Below are positions 1-8,774 of a stretch of DNA of 32,000 nt, one piece after another (position 1 is the stretch's first letter; every line of letters begins with the position of its first letter). Source of the stretch: Salinirarus marinus (lineage in GTDB: Archaea > Halobacteriota > Halobacteria > Halobacteriales > Haloferacaceae); assembly GCF_030734185.1 (NCBI RefSeq), contig NZ_CP132292.1, positions 2,776,271 to 2,808,270 on the forward strand. The letters run 5' to 3'. The position numbers and the translations under genes were made by a program. The notes below the pieces were generated by a model. It saw nothing but the letters and a program-made list of their open reading frames with translations. It ran no database searches and was not told the origin of the DNA.

Positions 1-158
1 TCGGCCGTCGCCCGTTCCGCGGCGTCGGCCGCCAGCCGCGCGCCGTGGTTCTCGATCCGGCGCGCGAGTTCCTCCGCTGCACCGGCACTCACCCGGAGAT
101 TCCCCGCGTTCCGCCGGATGATAGTATCTACCGGAGCAAACGGTAGCTCAACGCTCAT
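1..158 (-). CDS. archaeal histone-fold protein, N-terminal part (gene continues past the left window edge)
   Basis: ATG at 158-156 on the minus strand. Translation MSVELPFAPVDTIIRRNAGNLRVSAGAAEELARRIENHGARLAADAAERA... has the ELPxAPVxxIxR start typical of archaeal histone / CBF-NFY fold proteins. Confidence 0.6.
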   Translation of the reverse strand, partial: MSVELPFAPVDTIIRRNAGNLRVSAGAAEELARRIENHGARLAADAAERATA

Positions 159-212
159 ACCGTCTATCGGGTACGTCCGGCGTATAATCCTTTCCGTCGC
201 TCCCCCGCGCTT

Positions 213-1652
213 TCAGTAGACCTCGTCCGCGTCGATGCGGCCGTCCCGCAGCGGGCCGCGGACGGTGACTTCCTCGCCGAGGCGGAGATTCGCGTCCGTC
301 TCGACGCTCCGCGTCTCCGTGCCGTCGTCGAGGACGACGGGGTCGCCCGCCTGAACGACCGTGCCCGTGAACTCGGTGACGCCGCCTTCGGCGACGGTTT
401 CGGCGGCCGTCTCCTCCGCGGCCGCTTCGCCGGCGACGTCCCCGCCGTCGCCGCCGGCGAACGCCGCCAGTCCCCCTTCGTCCGCCTTCGGGTCGCTCTC
501 TGTCCCCGCCTCCACGTCCGCCTTCGCCCCGCCCTCGTCGAGGACGCTCACCGTCGACCGCCACCCGGCGGAGGCTTCGAGCTCGTCCTGCCAGCCGTCC
601 TGGATCTCCACGTCGGTCAGGACGACCCGATCCGCGAGGTCGACGTCGGCGTCGGCCTTCTCGCCCCACAGCGCCACGCGGATGTCCCCCGTCTCGTCGC
701 GCACGCGGACGTTCCTGACCTGTCCCTCGGAGCCGTCGTCCCGGTCGAAGGTGCGTTTCGGGTCGGTCTCGATGACACCGCCGGCGATGTCGACCGTCTG
801 TCCGATTTCGAGCGAGCCGATGTCGGCCGTCTCGGGCACGAACTCCACCGACTCGTCGAGTTCCTCGATCGTGCCGCGCGATCCGACGTGGAGTTCCAGG
901 TCGCCGTCGCGTTCGCGCACGTAGCCGTCGACGACTTCGACGGACGTGCCGGGGTCGAGGTCGGTCACCGTCTCGGCCATGTCGTCCCAGAGCGTCACCC
1001 GGACGCGCCCCGTCTCGTCGCCGAGGGTGCAGTTGGCGACCTTCCCCTCGGTGCCGTCGTCCCGGTCGAACGTCCGGACGCCGTCGTCCGCGTCGAGGAC
1101 GCGCCCCTTGAGGTTCACGTCCGAGAGGCCGAGCGACAGGTCCTCGACGCGGTAGGTGTCGAGCACCTGGATGTCGACTTCAGCGTCCGGATCGGGTTCG
1201 ACCCGGTCGACGCTCACTTCGACGCCGTTGAAGCCGTCTTTCGGCCGGCCCTTGATGCGTAGTACCTGTCCGACGTCGAGTTCGCCGTCGGCCACCGACT
1301 GAGCCACGTCGTCCCAGAACGAGACGCGAATCCGCCCCGTCTCGTCCGCTACCTCCACGTTGACGACGCGTCCCTCCTCGTCGTCGTCGCGTTCGAACGT
1401 CCGGAGTTCGCCGACGTTCACCACCTTCGCGACGAACTTCACCTCGTCCATGCCGGGTTCGACGTCGGCGATGCCGCTCACCTCCTGATCTTCGAGTTCG
1501 TGTGCGACGAGCATCGCCGCTGTCTCCTCGTCGGCGAGGCCGCCCATCTGCTCGACCTTCTCGGCGACGGCCGCTTCGAACTCCTCGAAGTCGACCTCGG
1601 TGTCGAGGTCTTCGTATACGTCCTCTATGACGCCCATCGTGTACTGCACCAT
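213..1652 (-). CDS. rpa: replication protein A (ssDNA-binding, multiple OB folds)
   Basis: Internal ATG (MVQYTMGVIEDVYEDL...) of ORF 213..2159; the upstream extension is Arg-rich shadow sequence. The OB-fold block (RTFxRDDGxEGxVxNxxxxDETGxIRVxxWD) recurs four times, as in haloarchaeal RPA. The C-terminus is acidic. Confidence 0.85.
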   Translation of the reverse strand: MVQYTMGVIEDVYEDLDTEVDFEEFEAAVAEKVEQMGGLADEETAAMLVAHELEDQEVSGIADVEPGMDEVKFVAKVVNVGELRTFERDDDEEGRVVNVEVADETGRIRVSFWDDVAQSVADGELDVGQVLRIKGRPKDGFNGVEVSVDRVEPDPDAEVDIQVLDTYRVEDLSLGLSDVNLKGRVLDADDGVRTFDRDDGTEGKVANCTLGDETGRVRVTLWDDMAETVTDLDPGTSVEVVDGYVRERDGDLELHVGSRGTIEELDESVEFVPETADIGSLEIGQTVDIAGGVIETDPKRTFDRDDGSEGQVRNVRVRDETGDIRVALWGEKADADVDLADRVVLTDVEIQDGWQDELEASAGWRSTVSVLDEGGAKADVEAGTESDPKADEGGLAAFAGGDGGDVAGEAAAEETAAETVAEGGVTEFTGTVVQAGDPVVLDDGTETRSVETDANLRLGEEVTVRGPLRDGRIDADEVY

Positions 1653-1767
1653 GCGAAGGCCGTGGTTAAGCGTTGTCCTTGCAGGGGTACAGCCGCTCCG
1701 TCCCCCGATTTTGCTCGTTTGTGCCGTCCGTCCATACGACCGCTTGGCCGCGCTCTCGGGGATAAAT

Positions 1768-2235
1768 TCACGGCCGGTCGGCCCGCGTGGCCACCTCGCG
1801 TCCGCGAGCGCTCTCGTGGACGACGGTGACCGACGCCGGCAGACCCCCGTCGAAGGAGATGCGGGCGTCGTAGCCGCGCTGGACGAGCGCCTGCGTACAC
1901 CCACCGCCCGGCGGCGGGGCGTCGTCGGTGTCGACGACGACGCGGAGTTCGTCGCCCTCTGTCGTCGCCGATCCAAGAATCGCCGTCGAACAGCCGTTCG
2001 GCCCCGTGATACAGCCCGTGATGTCCACGTGCGACGACTCGAAGGTGACCGTCGCAGTCTCCGGGTTCGCGCACTCGCCGGTGTCGGTGAGCGTGCGGTC
2101 GTTGATGGCCGGCGAACTGCCGTCGCCGCCGTTCTCCGGCGATCCGCCGCCACCGTCATCGCCCGATAGCCCGCCGCTCGAACAGCCTGCGAGTGCCGTC
2201 GACGCGAGCAGCGCGAGGAGGCTTCGACGTTCCAT
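1768..2235 (-). CDS. secreted lipoprotein, function unknown
   Basis: Internal ATG gives MERRSLLALLASTALAGCSSGG: a signal peptide with a LAGC lipobox followed by a Gly/Asp/Ser linker. Several Cys residues lie in the mature part. Confidence 0.7.
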   Translation of the reverse strand: MERRSLLALLASTALAGCSSGGLSGDDGGGGSPENGGDGSSPAINDRTLTDTGECANPETATVTFESSHVDITGCITGPNGCSTAILGSATTEGDELRVVVDTDDAPPPGGGCTQALVQRGYDARISFDGGLPASVTVVHESARGREVATRADRP

Positions 2236-2392
2236 ATTCGGCGTTCGAGCGCCGCGAAGAAACCCCTGTCGTACGGTCAAACGGCCGTTTGACAGTCCTC
2301 GCTCCGGTCACGGCGTCCCTGCCACGTCCCGCCGTCTCACCCCGGCCGCGGACCGTAACCGTCTTAAGTCAATCCGGGGTATGGGTAGATGA

Positions 2393-2465
2393 GTCCTGGT
2401 AGGGTAGTGGACTATCCTCTTGGCTTGCGGAGCCAGGGACCGGAGTTCAAATCTCCGTCAGGACG
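2393..2465 (+). tRNA. tRNA-Arg (anticodon GCG)
   Basis: Hand-folded cloverleaf. Acceptor GTCCTGG/TCAGGAC. D arm contains AGTGGA. Anticodon stem TTGGC/GCCAG with loop TTGCGGA. T arm CGGAG-TTCAAAT-CTCCG. Discriminator G, CCA not encoded. Confidence 0.8.
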
Positions 2466-2532
2466 CTACATTTCCGACAACTACCCCGCGAGAGCACTCC
2501 GTGGCTCTCGCGGCCGTTGCGGTTATGCGGTA

Positions 2533-2899
2533 CCGGAGATTTGAGCAGGGAGCAGTGAAGCTGCTCCCGAGTTCAAATCTCCGTCAGGACGCTCACTTCG
2601 TTCGCGCCCTGACGTGGTCACGCTCGCGGTGCTCGCGCGACCTCCGTCAGGACGTCATTCTCACGAGGTCGGACGGCGATCGACCTCTGTGTCGCTCGCC
2701 TCCGTCGAGTGTGTTGACTCTCCGGAGATTTGAGCAGACGAGTCGCAACGGCCGAGCGTAGCGAGGCCGTCCGTCTCGGCGAGTTCAAATCTCCGTCAGG
2801 ACGCTCACTTCGTTCGCGCCCTGACGTGGTCACGCTTGCGGTGCTCGCGCGACCTCCGTCAGGACGTCATTCTCACGGGGTCGGACGGCGAGCGACCGT
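2533..2899. repeat. two tandem ~190-210-bp units, each carrying copies of the tRNA-Arg 3' end
   Basis: The 25-nt GAGTTCAAATCTCCGTCAGGACGCT (tRNA positions 2443-2467) recurs at 2569-2593 and 2781-2805. Shorter CTCCGTCAGGACG copies start near 2642 and 2854. Each unit starts with CCGGAGATTTGAGCAG (2533, 2722), the inverted complement of the T-loop segment. Confidence 0.85.
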
Positions 2900-2945
2900 A
2901 CTGTCTCTCGAATTGGTTTTGTGTGCTCGGCCCCAACCCACGCCT

Positions 2946-3560
2946 ATGGACGCCTCCCTCCGCGCCGGCGTCGCCGTCTACAACGCCGGCCGGTATCACG
3001 CCGCCCACGACGCCTGGGAGGACGTGTGGCTGGATCTCGAATCCGGGAGCACCGACGAGCGCCTGCTCCACGGCCTCATCCAGTTCACGGCGGCGATTTA
3101 TCACGCCCGCACCCGGAACTGGAGCGGGGCGACCGGCCTCGCGACGAGCGCGCGGAGCTATCTCGCCGAACTGCCGGCGACGTACCGCGGCGTCGACGTG
3201 GCCACGGTTCGGACGTATCTCGGGGCGCTCGGATCGGACCCCGAACTCGCCGAGCGAGGCCCGCCGCCGGCGCTCACCGTCGACGGCTGTACCGTCACGC
3301 TCGACGGCCTCGATTTCGAGGCGGCGGCGGTCGCGGCCGTCGTCCTCGCCGAGGAGAGCGACGACTACGACGCGGCGGTCCTCGAACGCGCCGTCGGCTA
3401 CGCCCGCGAGGAACTCGCGGGCACGGGGACGCAGTTCGTCGCGGGGGTGATGGACTTCGTCGCGGACGCCGACCGGCGGGGACTCGTCTACCGCCGTCTG
3501 CGCGCACACGTCGAGCGGCGCGTCCAGCGCGAAGACGACGTCGCGGGCCTGTTCGAGTGA
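2946..3560 (+). CDS. DUF309-like protein
   Basis: Internal ATG at 2946. The N-terminus GVAVYNAGRYHAAHDAWEDVWL matches the F/YNxGxYxxAHExWExxW signature I associate with DUF309. Acidic composition. Confidence 0.65.
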   Translation: MDASLRAGVAVYNAGRYHAAHDAWEDVWLDLESGSTDERLLHGLIQFTAAIYHARTRNWSGATGLATSARSYLAELPATYRGVDVATVRTYLGALGSDPELAERGPPPALTVDGCTVTLDGLDFEAAAVAAVVLAEESDDYDAAVLERAVGYAREELAGTGTQFVAGVMDFVADADRRGLVYRRLRAHVERRVQREDDVAGLFE

Positions 3561-3608
3561 CGGGGCTATCCCGCGAACCTAAGGCGTTCGAGTTCGTGGC
3601 CCATCCGT

Positions 3609-4988
3609 ATGGAGTCGGCCGACTATCGGGAGATTTTCGAGAACGTGGCCGACGGGCTGGTCGTCCACGACCCCGATACGGGCGAGATCCTCGACGTCAA
3701 CAGCAGGTTCGAGGACCTCACCGGCTACGCCCGCGAGGAGTTGCTCGGGCGGACGGTCGGCCTCGTCACCCCGGACGAGGGGCCGTACGACCACGAGCGC
3801 GCACTCCACCGAATTCGGCAGACCCGCGATCGCGAACCGCAACTGTTCGAGTGGGAAATCCGGGCCAGGTCGGGCGACGAACTCCCCGTCGAAGTCCACC
3901 TGACGGTCATCGACGTCGACGGCGACGACCGCGTGCTGGCGAGCGTCCGCGACATCAGCGAGCGCAAGTCCCACGAGGCGGAACTCGAACGCTATCGGAA
4001 GTTCACGACCGACCTCCTCGACGCCGTCGACGACTGTATCTTCGTGCTCTCGGCGGACGGGACGCTCAAGCGCTGGAACCGGAGCCTCCCCGAAGTCACG
4101 GGCTACGACGAAGACCAACTCGACTCGATGACGGTCGTGGACTTCTTCCCCCGGGACGCCCACACTTCCGTCCTCGAGACGTTTCAGGACGCGCTCGACA
4201 CGGGGAGCGCGAAGCGCGAACTCGCTCTCCGAACCCGGAGCGGGGCCGACATCCCGTACGAACTCCTGTTCGACAGCCTCGAAGATCCGGACGGGGAGAT
4301 GGTCGTCGCCGCCGTCGGCCGGAACATCACGAACCGGCGAGCGCGCGAACAGCAACTGCAGGTCCTCGACAGGGTCCTCCGTCACAACCTACACAACGAC
4401 ATGACGGTGATACTCGGCCGGGCCGAGTTGATACGCAACCGCACGTCCGGGACGCTCGCCGAAGACGCCGACGCCATCATCGACAAGTCCCGGCGACTGC
4501 TGGAGACGGTGGACAAGGAGCGCGAGATCGTCGACGTCATCCTCGATTCGTCTCACCTCCGGACGCTCGACCTCGTCGATACGGTGCTCGACGTCGCCAC
4601 CGACGCCCGCGAGGACCACCCCGAGGCGACGATCCGGCTGAACCTCCCCGACCGGGCACCCGCGGCCGTCGGCGACCATTTCTGGCGGGCGATCTCGGAA
4701 CTCGTCGAGAACGCAATCGTCCACTGCGACTGCGAGTCGCCCACCGTCGAGATCGGTCTCGATCACCGGGACGACATCGCCGTCTTGCGGGTCGCCGACG
4801 AGGGTCCACCCATCCCGGATGCGGACGTCGACGTGCTGACCGGACTTGGCCCCGTCGACCCCCTGTATCACGGTAGCGGACTCGGCCTGTGGCTGGTCTA
4901 CTGGTCCGTGACGCACTCGCGGGGGACGGTGTCGGTGGAGACGAGCGACGACGGGAACGTCGTCACCGTCGAAGTGCCGGCGGTGTGA
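3609..4988 (+). CDS. PAS-domain sensor histidine kinase
   Basis: Two PAS-like repeats (FENVADGLVVHD..., LLDAVDDCIFVLSADGTLKRWN). H-box LRHNLHNDM. N-box LVENAIVHC. G-boxes DEGPPI and GSGLGLWLV. Confidence 0.9.
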   Translation: MESADYREIFENVADGLVVHDPDTGEILDVNSRFEDLTGYAREELLGRTVGLVTPDEGPYDHERALHRIRQTRDREPQLFEWEIRARSGDELPVEVHLTVIDVDGDDRVLASVRDISERKSHEAELERYRKFTTDLLDAVDDCIFVLSADGTLKRWNRSLPEVTGYDEDQLDSMTVVDFFPRDAHTSVLETFQDALDTGSAKRELALRTRSGADIPYELLFDSLEDPDGEMVVAAVGRNITNRRAREQQLQVLDRVLRHNLHNDMTVILGRAELIRNRTSGTLAEDADAIIDKSRRLLETVDKEREIVDVILDSSHLRTLDLVDTVLDVATDAREDHPEATIRLNLPDRAPAAVGDHFWRAISELVENAIVHCDCESPTVEIGLDHRDDIAVLRVADEGPPIPDADVDVLTGLGPVDPLYHGSGLGLWLVYWSVTHSRGTVSVETSDDGNVVTVEVPAV

Positions 4989-5003
4989 CGTCCCGACGAC
5001 GTC

Positions 5004-5117
5004 TCACTCCGTCTTCGGCGTCCCGTCGAAGTGATACTCCGCGGAATCGTCCTGTGGCTCGTAGCCGAGCAGTTCCTTCGCGCGGTCGATGGAGTAGTAC
5101 TTGCGTTCGTTGTCGGA
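5004..5117. repeat. attL: duplicated 3' end of the epimerase gene (non-functional fragment)
   Basis: Identical to 18860-18973 except 5053 T versus 18909 C. On the minus strand it encodes the last 37 codons plus stop of the epimerase, with no upstream gene body. Confidence 0.9.
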
Positions 5118-5233
5118 AGATTACGCGACGGCGAAGCCCTCGCTTGCCGTGCAACTCGCTACGCGACTCGCCCGCCGCCGTCGACGATTTCGCGGGTTCG
5201 TGGGTGGACGTCACCCCGTCGGTTCGGAGAACC

Positions 5234-6274
5234 ATGAACACCCGAACCACTGACGCCCCGACCGAACGGGGACCGAGACTCGAACCGCTCGAACCAGCCA
5301 AAGCGAAATCACTGTATCTCAAGTCGCGGCGGGACGAACTGGCCGCCCGCTCACTGGAGCTACATGAGAAACACGTCGGGTCATTTGTCGACTTCTGTGA
5401 CCGCGAAGGTATCGACAACATGAACGGCGTATCTGCCAGAACAGTTCACGAATATCGGCTTGAGATAGCAGAACGGCTGTCTCAATCGACGCTCAGTATC
5501 TATCTCTCGACTGTTCGGCAGTTCGTCGCATTCTGTGAGAGCATTGACGCCGTCGCCCCGAACACTGCGGAACGAATTGTCCTTCCCGACCGAAACCGTA
5601 ACGCCCGCTCCGAGACGTTAGACGCCGACGACGCGACGGCGATACTGTCTCATCTCCGCAAATACTACTACGCGAGTCGGACGCACGCATTGATGGCGCT
5701 TCTGTGGCACACGGGAATACGGACGGGGACGGTTCACAGTCTCGACGTGAGCGATTACGACGCCGAACGGGACCGTCTAAGAATCCGCCACCGTCCCGAG
5801 ACGGATACCCCGCTCAAGAACGGCGAGAACGGGAATCGCTATATTGCACTGTCGGGAGACGTTTCGGACGTTCTCGACGATTACATCTCGGAGTGTCGCC
5901 AGGAAGTGACCGACGAGAATGGGCGTGAACCCCTCTTTACGACGAAACAAGGGCGGGCGACGAAGAACACTATTCGACGGAACGTCTACGCCGCTACTCG
6001 CCCCTGTGCTACAGGACAGGGGTGCCCACACAACAAGAACCCCGACGAGTGCGAGGCCGCAGAACGGACGAACGCCGCCAGTCTGTGCCCGTCGACTGTG
6101 TCGGGTCATCCCGTCCGTCGCGGAGCAATCACCCACCATCTACGCCAAGACGTTCCAGAAAAGGTCGTCTCTGATAGGATGAACGTCAGTCAAGACGTCC
6201 TCGAAGAATTTTACGACCGTCGAACCGAGGACGAGAAAGCGGAGCAACGTCGCCAATTCATCAAGAACGTCTAA
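5234..6274 (+). CDS. int: tyrosine recombinase / phage-type integrase
   Basis: Start at MNTRTTD; the longer ORF from 4889 reads through attL. SAM-like N-domain. Catalytic-type motifs LLWHTGIRTGT (Arg), GHPVRRGAITH (HxxR) and the C-terminal LEEFYD (Tyr). Confidence 0.9.
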   Translation: MNTRTTDAPTERGPRLEPLEPAKAKSLYLKSRRDELAARSLELHEKHVGSFVDFCDREGIDNMNGVSARTVHEYRLEIAERLSQSTLSIYLSTVRQFVAFCESIDAVAPNTAERIVLPDRNRNARSETLDADDATAILSHLRKYYYASRTHALMALLWHTGIRTGTVHSLDVSDYDAERDRLRIRHRPETDTPLKNGENGNRYIALSGDVSDVLDDYISECRQEVTDENGREPLFTTKQGRATKNTIRRNVYAATRPCATGQGCPHNKNPDECEAAERTNAASLCPSTVSGHPVRRGAITHHLRQDVPEKVVSDRMNVSQDVLEEFYDRRTEDEKAEQRRQFIKNV

Positions 6275-6374
6275 TTCGGATTACATCCCTATCAAATTTT
6301 ATTCATATCACATATCGTATCATGGAACGGGGGTATTTTTAACCACCCGTACATATCACCTCAACGTAGTCCAC

Positions 6375-6613
6375 GTCGGAACCCCACTCTACCCAGGGAT
6401 TCTCGGCAAGGGCTACATGGATAGACCCATCCATGACCAACTCCAACTCCTCCCGCAACGAACAGGAGGAAGAAAGTCAGAACGCTTCCACTCTGAGGGG
6501 ATTGCAGACCCTCAAGTTGGTCCTTGAGACGATATTGACGGCCTTGCGGCTACTCAGAGTGTTGTAACAGGTGGTGGTTACCGACCGTCTCGGTCGGAAC
6601 CCCACTCTACCCA
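6375..6613. repeat. pair of perfect 21-nt direct repeats (6375-6395 and 6593-6613)
   Basis: GTCGGAACCCCACTCTACCCA occurs twice, 218 bp apart, bracketing a 44-codon ORF. Confidence 0.8.
6433..6567 (+). CDS. possible 44-aa small protein (below the ORF-track cutoff)
   Basis: ATG 6433 to TAA 6565-6567 gives MTNSNSSRNEQEEESQNASTLRGLQTLKLVLETILTALRLLRVL: a polar N-half and an amphipathic or hydrophobic C-half. No other support. Confidence 0.3.
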   Translation: MTNSNSSRNEQEEESQNASTLRGLQTLKLVLETILTALRLLRVL

Positions 6614-6783
6614 TATAGGTGTAGTACAATGTACCCCATTAACCTTTGCACTAAATGTGAGTTTTCAATCTTTCTGTAAAATCCCGTTCCTTAGGCCTTC
6701 TCACTGTCATATTGAATGGAAATCATGTGGATTTCTCTGTATTCATCACGATTTCTTGAACGCTTTTCTCGGAAGTTGTCCCC

Positions 6784-7296
6784 CGTCCACAGTCGGGACA
6801 GTCGGATACACGTCCGCGCTATCTCGCTGTGAGATTGACGTAACGGGGATTCACTGGTATTCGATCTTCGGATTGCTAACCGAAATTGGTCAAACCAGGG
6901 GACAAGAGACTAACCCCTTCTTGCCTACGAATCCGCCTTTGCCACAGTAATGACGGGGTGCATACTGTATGCGTAACAGTAATTATAATTGAAGAATCCA
7001 TCCCCCTCGACTGGTAGCAACGGCGTCGTTGACGCCATTCTCGTCAAGGCGATCCAGATTCATCATGGCCATTTGGAAGGCCGTCCACTCGTCCACAGTT
7101 GGGACAGTTGTTCCCACTTCCGCGCTAATCACTGTGAGATTGTCTTGTGAGGGATTCTACGGTATTCGAGATACACACGGTGGATACCACTTAGTTTCGG
7201 TTCGAGTGTGTGCAAGGGGGCCTTACACCACTTTCTCAATCACTGCGGGCCTATCCTCTCGTCCATAGCGGGACAGTCAGATACACCTTCGCGCCT
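6784..7296. repeat. dispersed ~80-bp repeat family (copies 6784-6864, 7090-7169, partial 7260-7296)
   Basis: Shared core is CGTCCACAGTYGGGACAGTYG...TCCGCGCTA..., continued in the two full copies by CTGTGAGATTG...GGGATTC...GGTATTCGA. It explains the shared STVGTV..TSAL peptides in ORFs 6657..6950 and 7029..7268. Confidence 0.75.
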
Positions 7297-7780
7297 TCTA
7301 TTTGGTCATTTTCTATCAAAACATGGATAGAAAGGGGGCGAAATAGGCAGTGAAATTAGTTTCGGGATTGTGATAGGTGGGATTGAATCACCGTTACGTC
7401 GTGCGATTAGCCAAATCGTCTTTCTATCGGTGTAGTACCATACACCGAGATATTATCTCTTACTTCACTCTGTGGACCCACGGGGATTGACCTTCGAGGA
7501 CGGATTGACTTTCACGTATTAGTACAATCTTGGCTGGATTCAACTGGGGTGATTGACTGAATCAGTCTTTTCTCTTAGCCACCATATAGTCGCGCCAATC
7601 TCTCGGGGATACCTCAATAGTAGATCGACTGGGAGGGAAAGAGACGGTGGTCGACGGCGTGTCTCGTCGCCCCGATACCCTCACCGCAACACACGGGTAT
7701 CGTGACGCCGTCGCCCCGCACGTCGCCACACACCGCAGTCACGGTGGGGGGATAGACAATTGAGTCAATCAGCTACGGGA

Positions 7781-7835
7781 CTTAACCAACAACAAACACA
7801 GGAACGCTACACGTTGGTTAAGACCGAGAAAAAAA
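7781..7835 (-). terminator. oligo-T plus hairpin terminator for the minus-strand gene 7845..8108
   Basis: On the minus strand a T7 run (7829-7835) lies 10 nt after the stop. It is followed by a perfect 10-bp inverted repeat, CTTAACCAAC/GTTGGTTAAG (7781-7790 / 7813-7822). Confidence 0.5.
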
Positions 7836-7844
7836 GAGAGTTGC

Positions 7845-8108
7845 TTACGATTCGAGAACTTTGTGGGCGCGGATACGGGACTTCTGGCCCTCAAGCCAGT
7901 CGCGGGGGAACAAGTACCGTTTCTCGCCGTCAGTGAGGAGCGCACGCCCGTCGGGGGTGATTTGACTGATTTTCAGTTGGCCGAGAGACGACGTTTCGAT
8001 CTTCTGGCCTTCCTCGAACGGCCCCCAGTAGTCGTCAGGCATCGGTTCGAGCTGTTCTGCGCCGAGTCCGACCCTTTCGAGCAGGTCGGTGATGTCATTT
8101 TCAGACAT
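7845..8108 (-). CDS. hypothetical acidic protein (87 aa)
   Basis: ATG-initiated ORF with acidic composition and a terminator-like signal downstream. No recognisable motif. Confidence 0.55.
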   Translation of the reverse strand: MSENDITDLLERVGLGAEQLEPMPDDYWGPFEEGQKIETSSLGQLKISQITPDGRALLTDGEKRYLFPRDWLEGQKSRIRAHKVLES

Positions 8109-8507
8109 TGCACTCTCACGTAGGGGACGGTATTACTTCATTCTTTAATTTTCAAAGATATGAAATAATGTCTAACCGAATAGACACCCTGTACCCCCTG
8201 AACCCGCCCCCGTGAAGATTAGCTCAAGGTTGGACGACTATGTCAGTGGGTGGAGGGATTCCCTCTCCCGCCAAAGAAGGGAAATAGACTCGACGGTATC
8301 CCCACCCCGTCGAAAATCTGTGAGGGAGAAATTTCCGAGGGGGCAGATCGGGTCAGAAATTTTTTGGCGAGATACCAGAGGTTTCGCGGCTTCAAAGGGG
8401 CGCGGAAGTTGGATTCGCCGTCACGCGATACATGACAGGCGATTAACCTCCGCGCAAATACGGGGCGGATTTCAGACTGTTGATTAGGAATAGTCAATCA
8501 CCCATAA

Positions 8508-8518
8508 TTTTATTTAAA
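8508..8518 (+). promoter_or_regulatory. TATA-box-like element for a leaderless plus-strand operon
   Basis: TTTATTTAAA is centred about 28 nt upstream of ATG 8541, the spacing expected for haloarchaeal leaderless mRNAs. The same TATTTAAAG string recurs at 17329 and 17661. Confidence 0.5.
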
Positions 8519-8540
8519 GAAAGAATTACCATACTGCCAT

Positions 8541-8774
8541 ATGGTCGTTGCCGAATACGTCTGGTTGGTTGGTTCACCCATTTCCCTACTTCTATTGGGA
8601 TTTCTCGGATGTTGTTGCCAGCAACAACAACAGCAACAGCAGATCGTGACCGCCGATAACGACGATCCGAAACGCGTTTGTCCCGAATGTGGGATGGAAA
8701 ACCCTACAGACGCGGATTACTGTGGGGACTGTGGATTCTCGTTCTCCTCGGGCGGAGGAAATGCCGATGAGTGA
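8541..8774 (+). CDS. small membrane protein with a poly-Gln tract and a C-terminal zinc ribbon
   Basis: N-terminal hydrophobic helix (WLVGSPISLLLLGFLGCCC), then Q8, then CPECGxxNxxxxxYCGDCG (CxxC...CxxC). Confidence 0.7.
   Translation: MVVAEYVWLVGSPISLLLLGFLGCCCQQQQQQQQIVTADNDDPKRVCPECGMENPTDADYCGDCGFSFSSGGGNADE

Noticed and set aside
2921-4876. 651-aa ORF (and similar long ORFs at 148..669, 21219..22685, 22279..23673, 26349..28457, 27239..27934, 30545..31576, 24952..25734)
   Set aside because: The translations are extremely Arg/Pro/Gly-rich and low in complexity. They overlap well-supported acidic genes in other frames or strands. These are typical shadow ORFs of high-GC DNA.
4889-5233. 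N-terminal extension of the integrase ORF reading through attL
   Set aside because: The extension is Arg/Ser-rich shadow sequence that crosses the att repeat and the end of the histidine kinase gene. A clean ATG at 5234 starts the recognisable integrase.
6784-6830. CPDCG (CPxCG zinc-finger-like) peptide on the minus strand of the 80-bp repeat
   Set aside because: That frame has a stop seven codons upstream of the motif, with no ATG/GTG/TTG between the stop and the motif. It is not a translatable ORF in this copy.
6657-7268. Track ORFs 6657..6950 and 7029..7268 as paralogous small proteins
   Set aside because: Their similarity is confined to the DNA repeat. Their composition (Cys/His/Phe-rich, not acidic) is unlike other proteins of the element or host. 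No start context or coupling supports them.
8616-8642. CAG/CAA tract as a standalone microsatellite feature
   Set aside because: It lies in frame within a credible gene and encodes the poly-Gln tract. It is reported as part of that gene's finding rather than as an independent repeat element.
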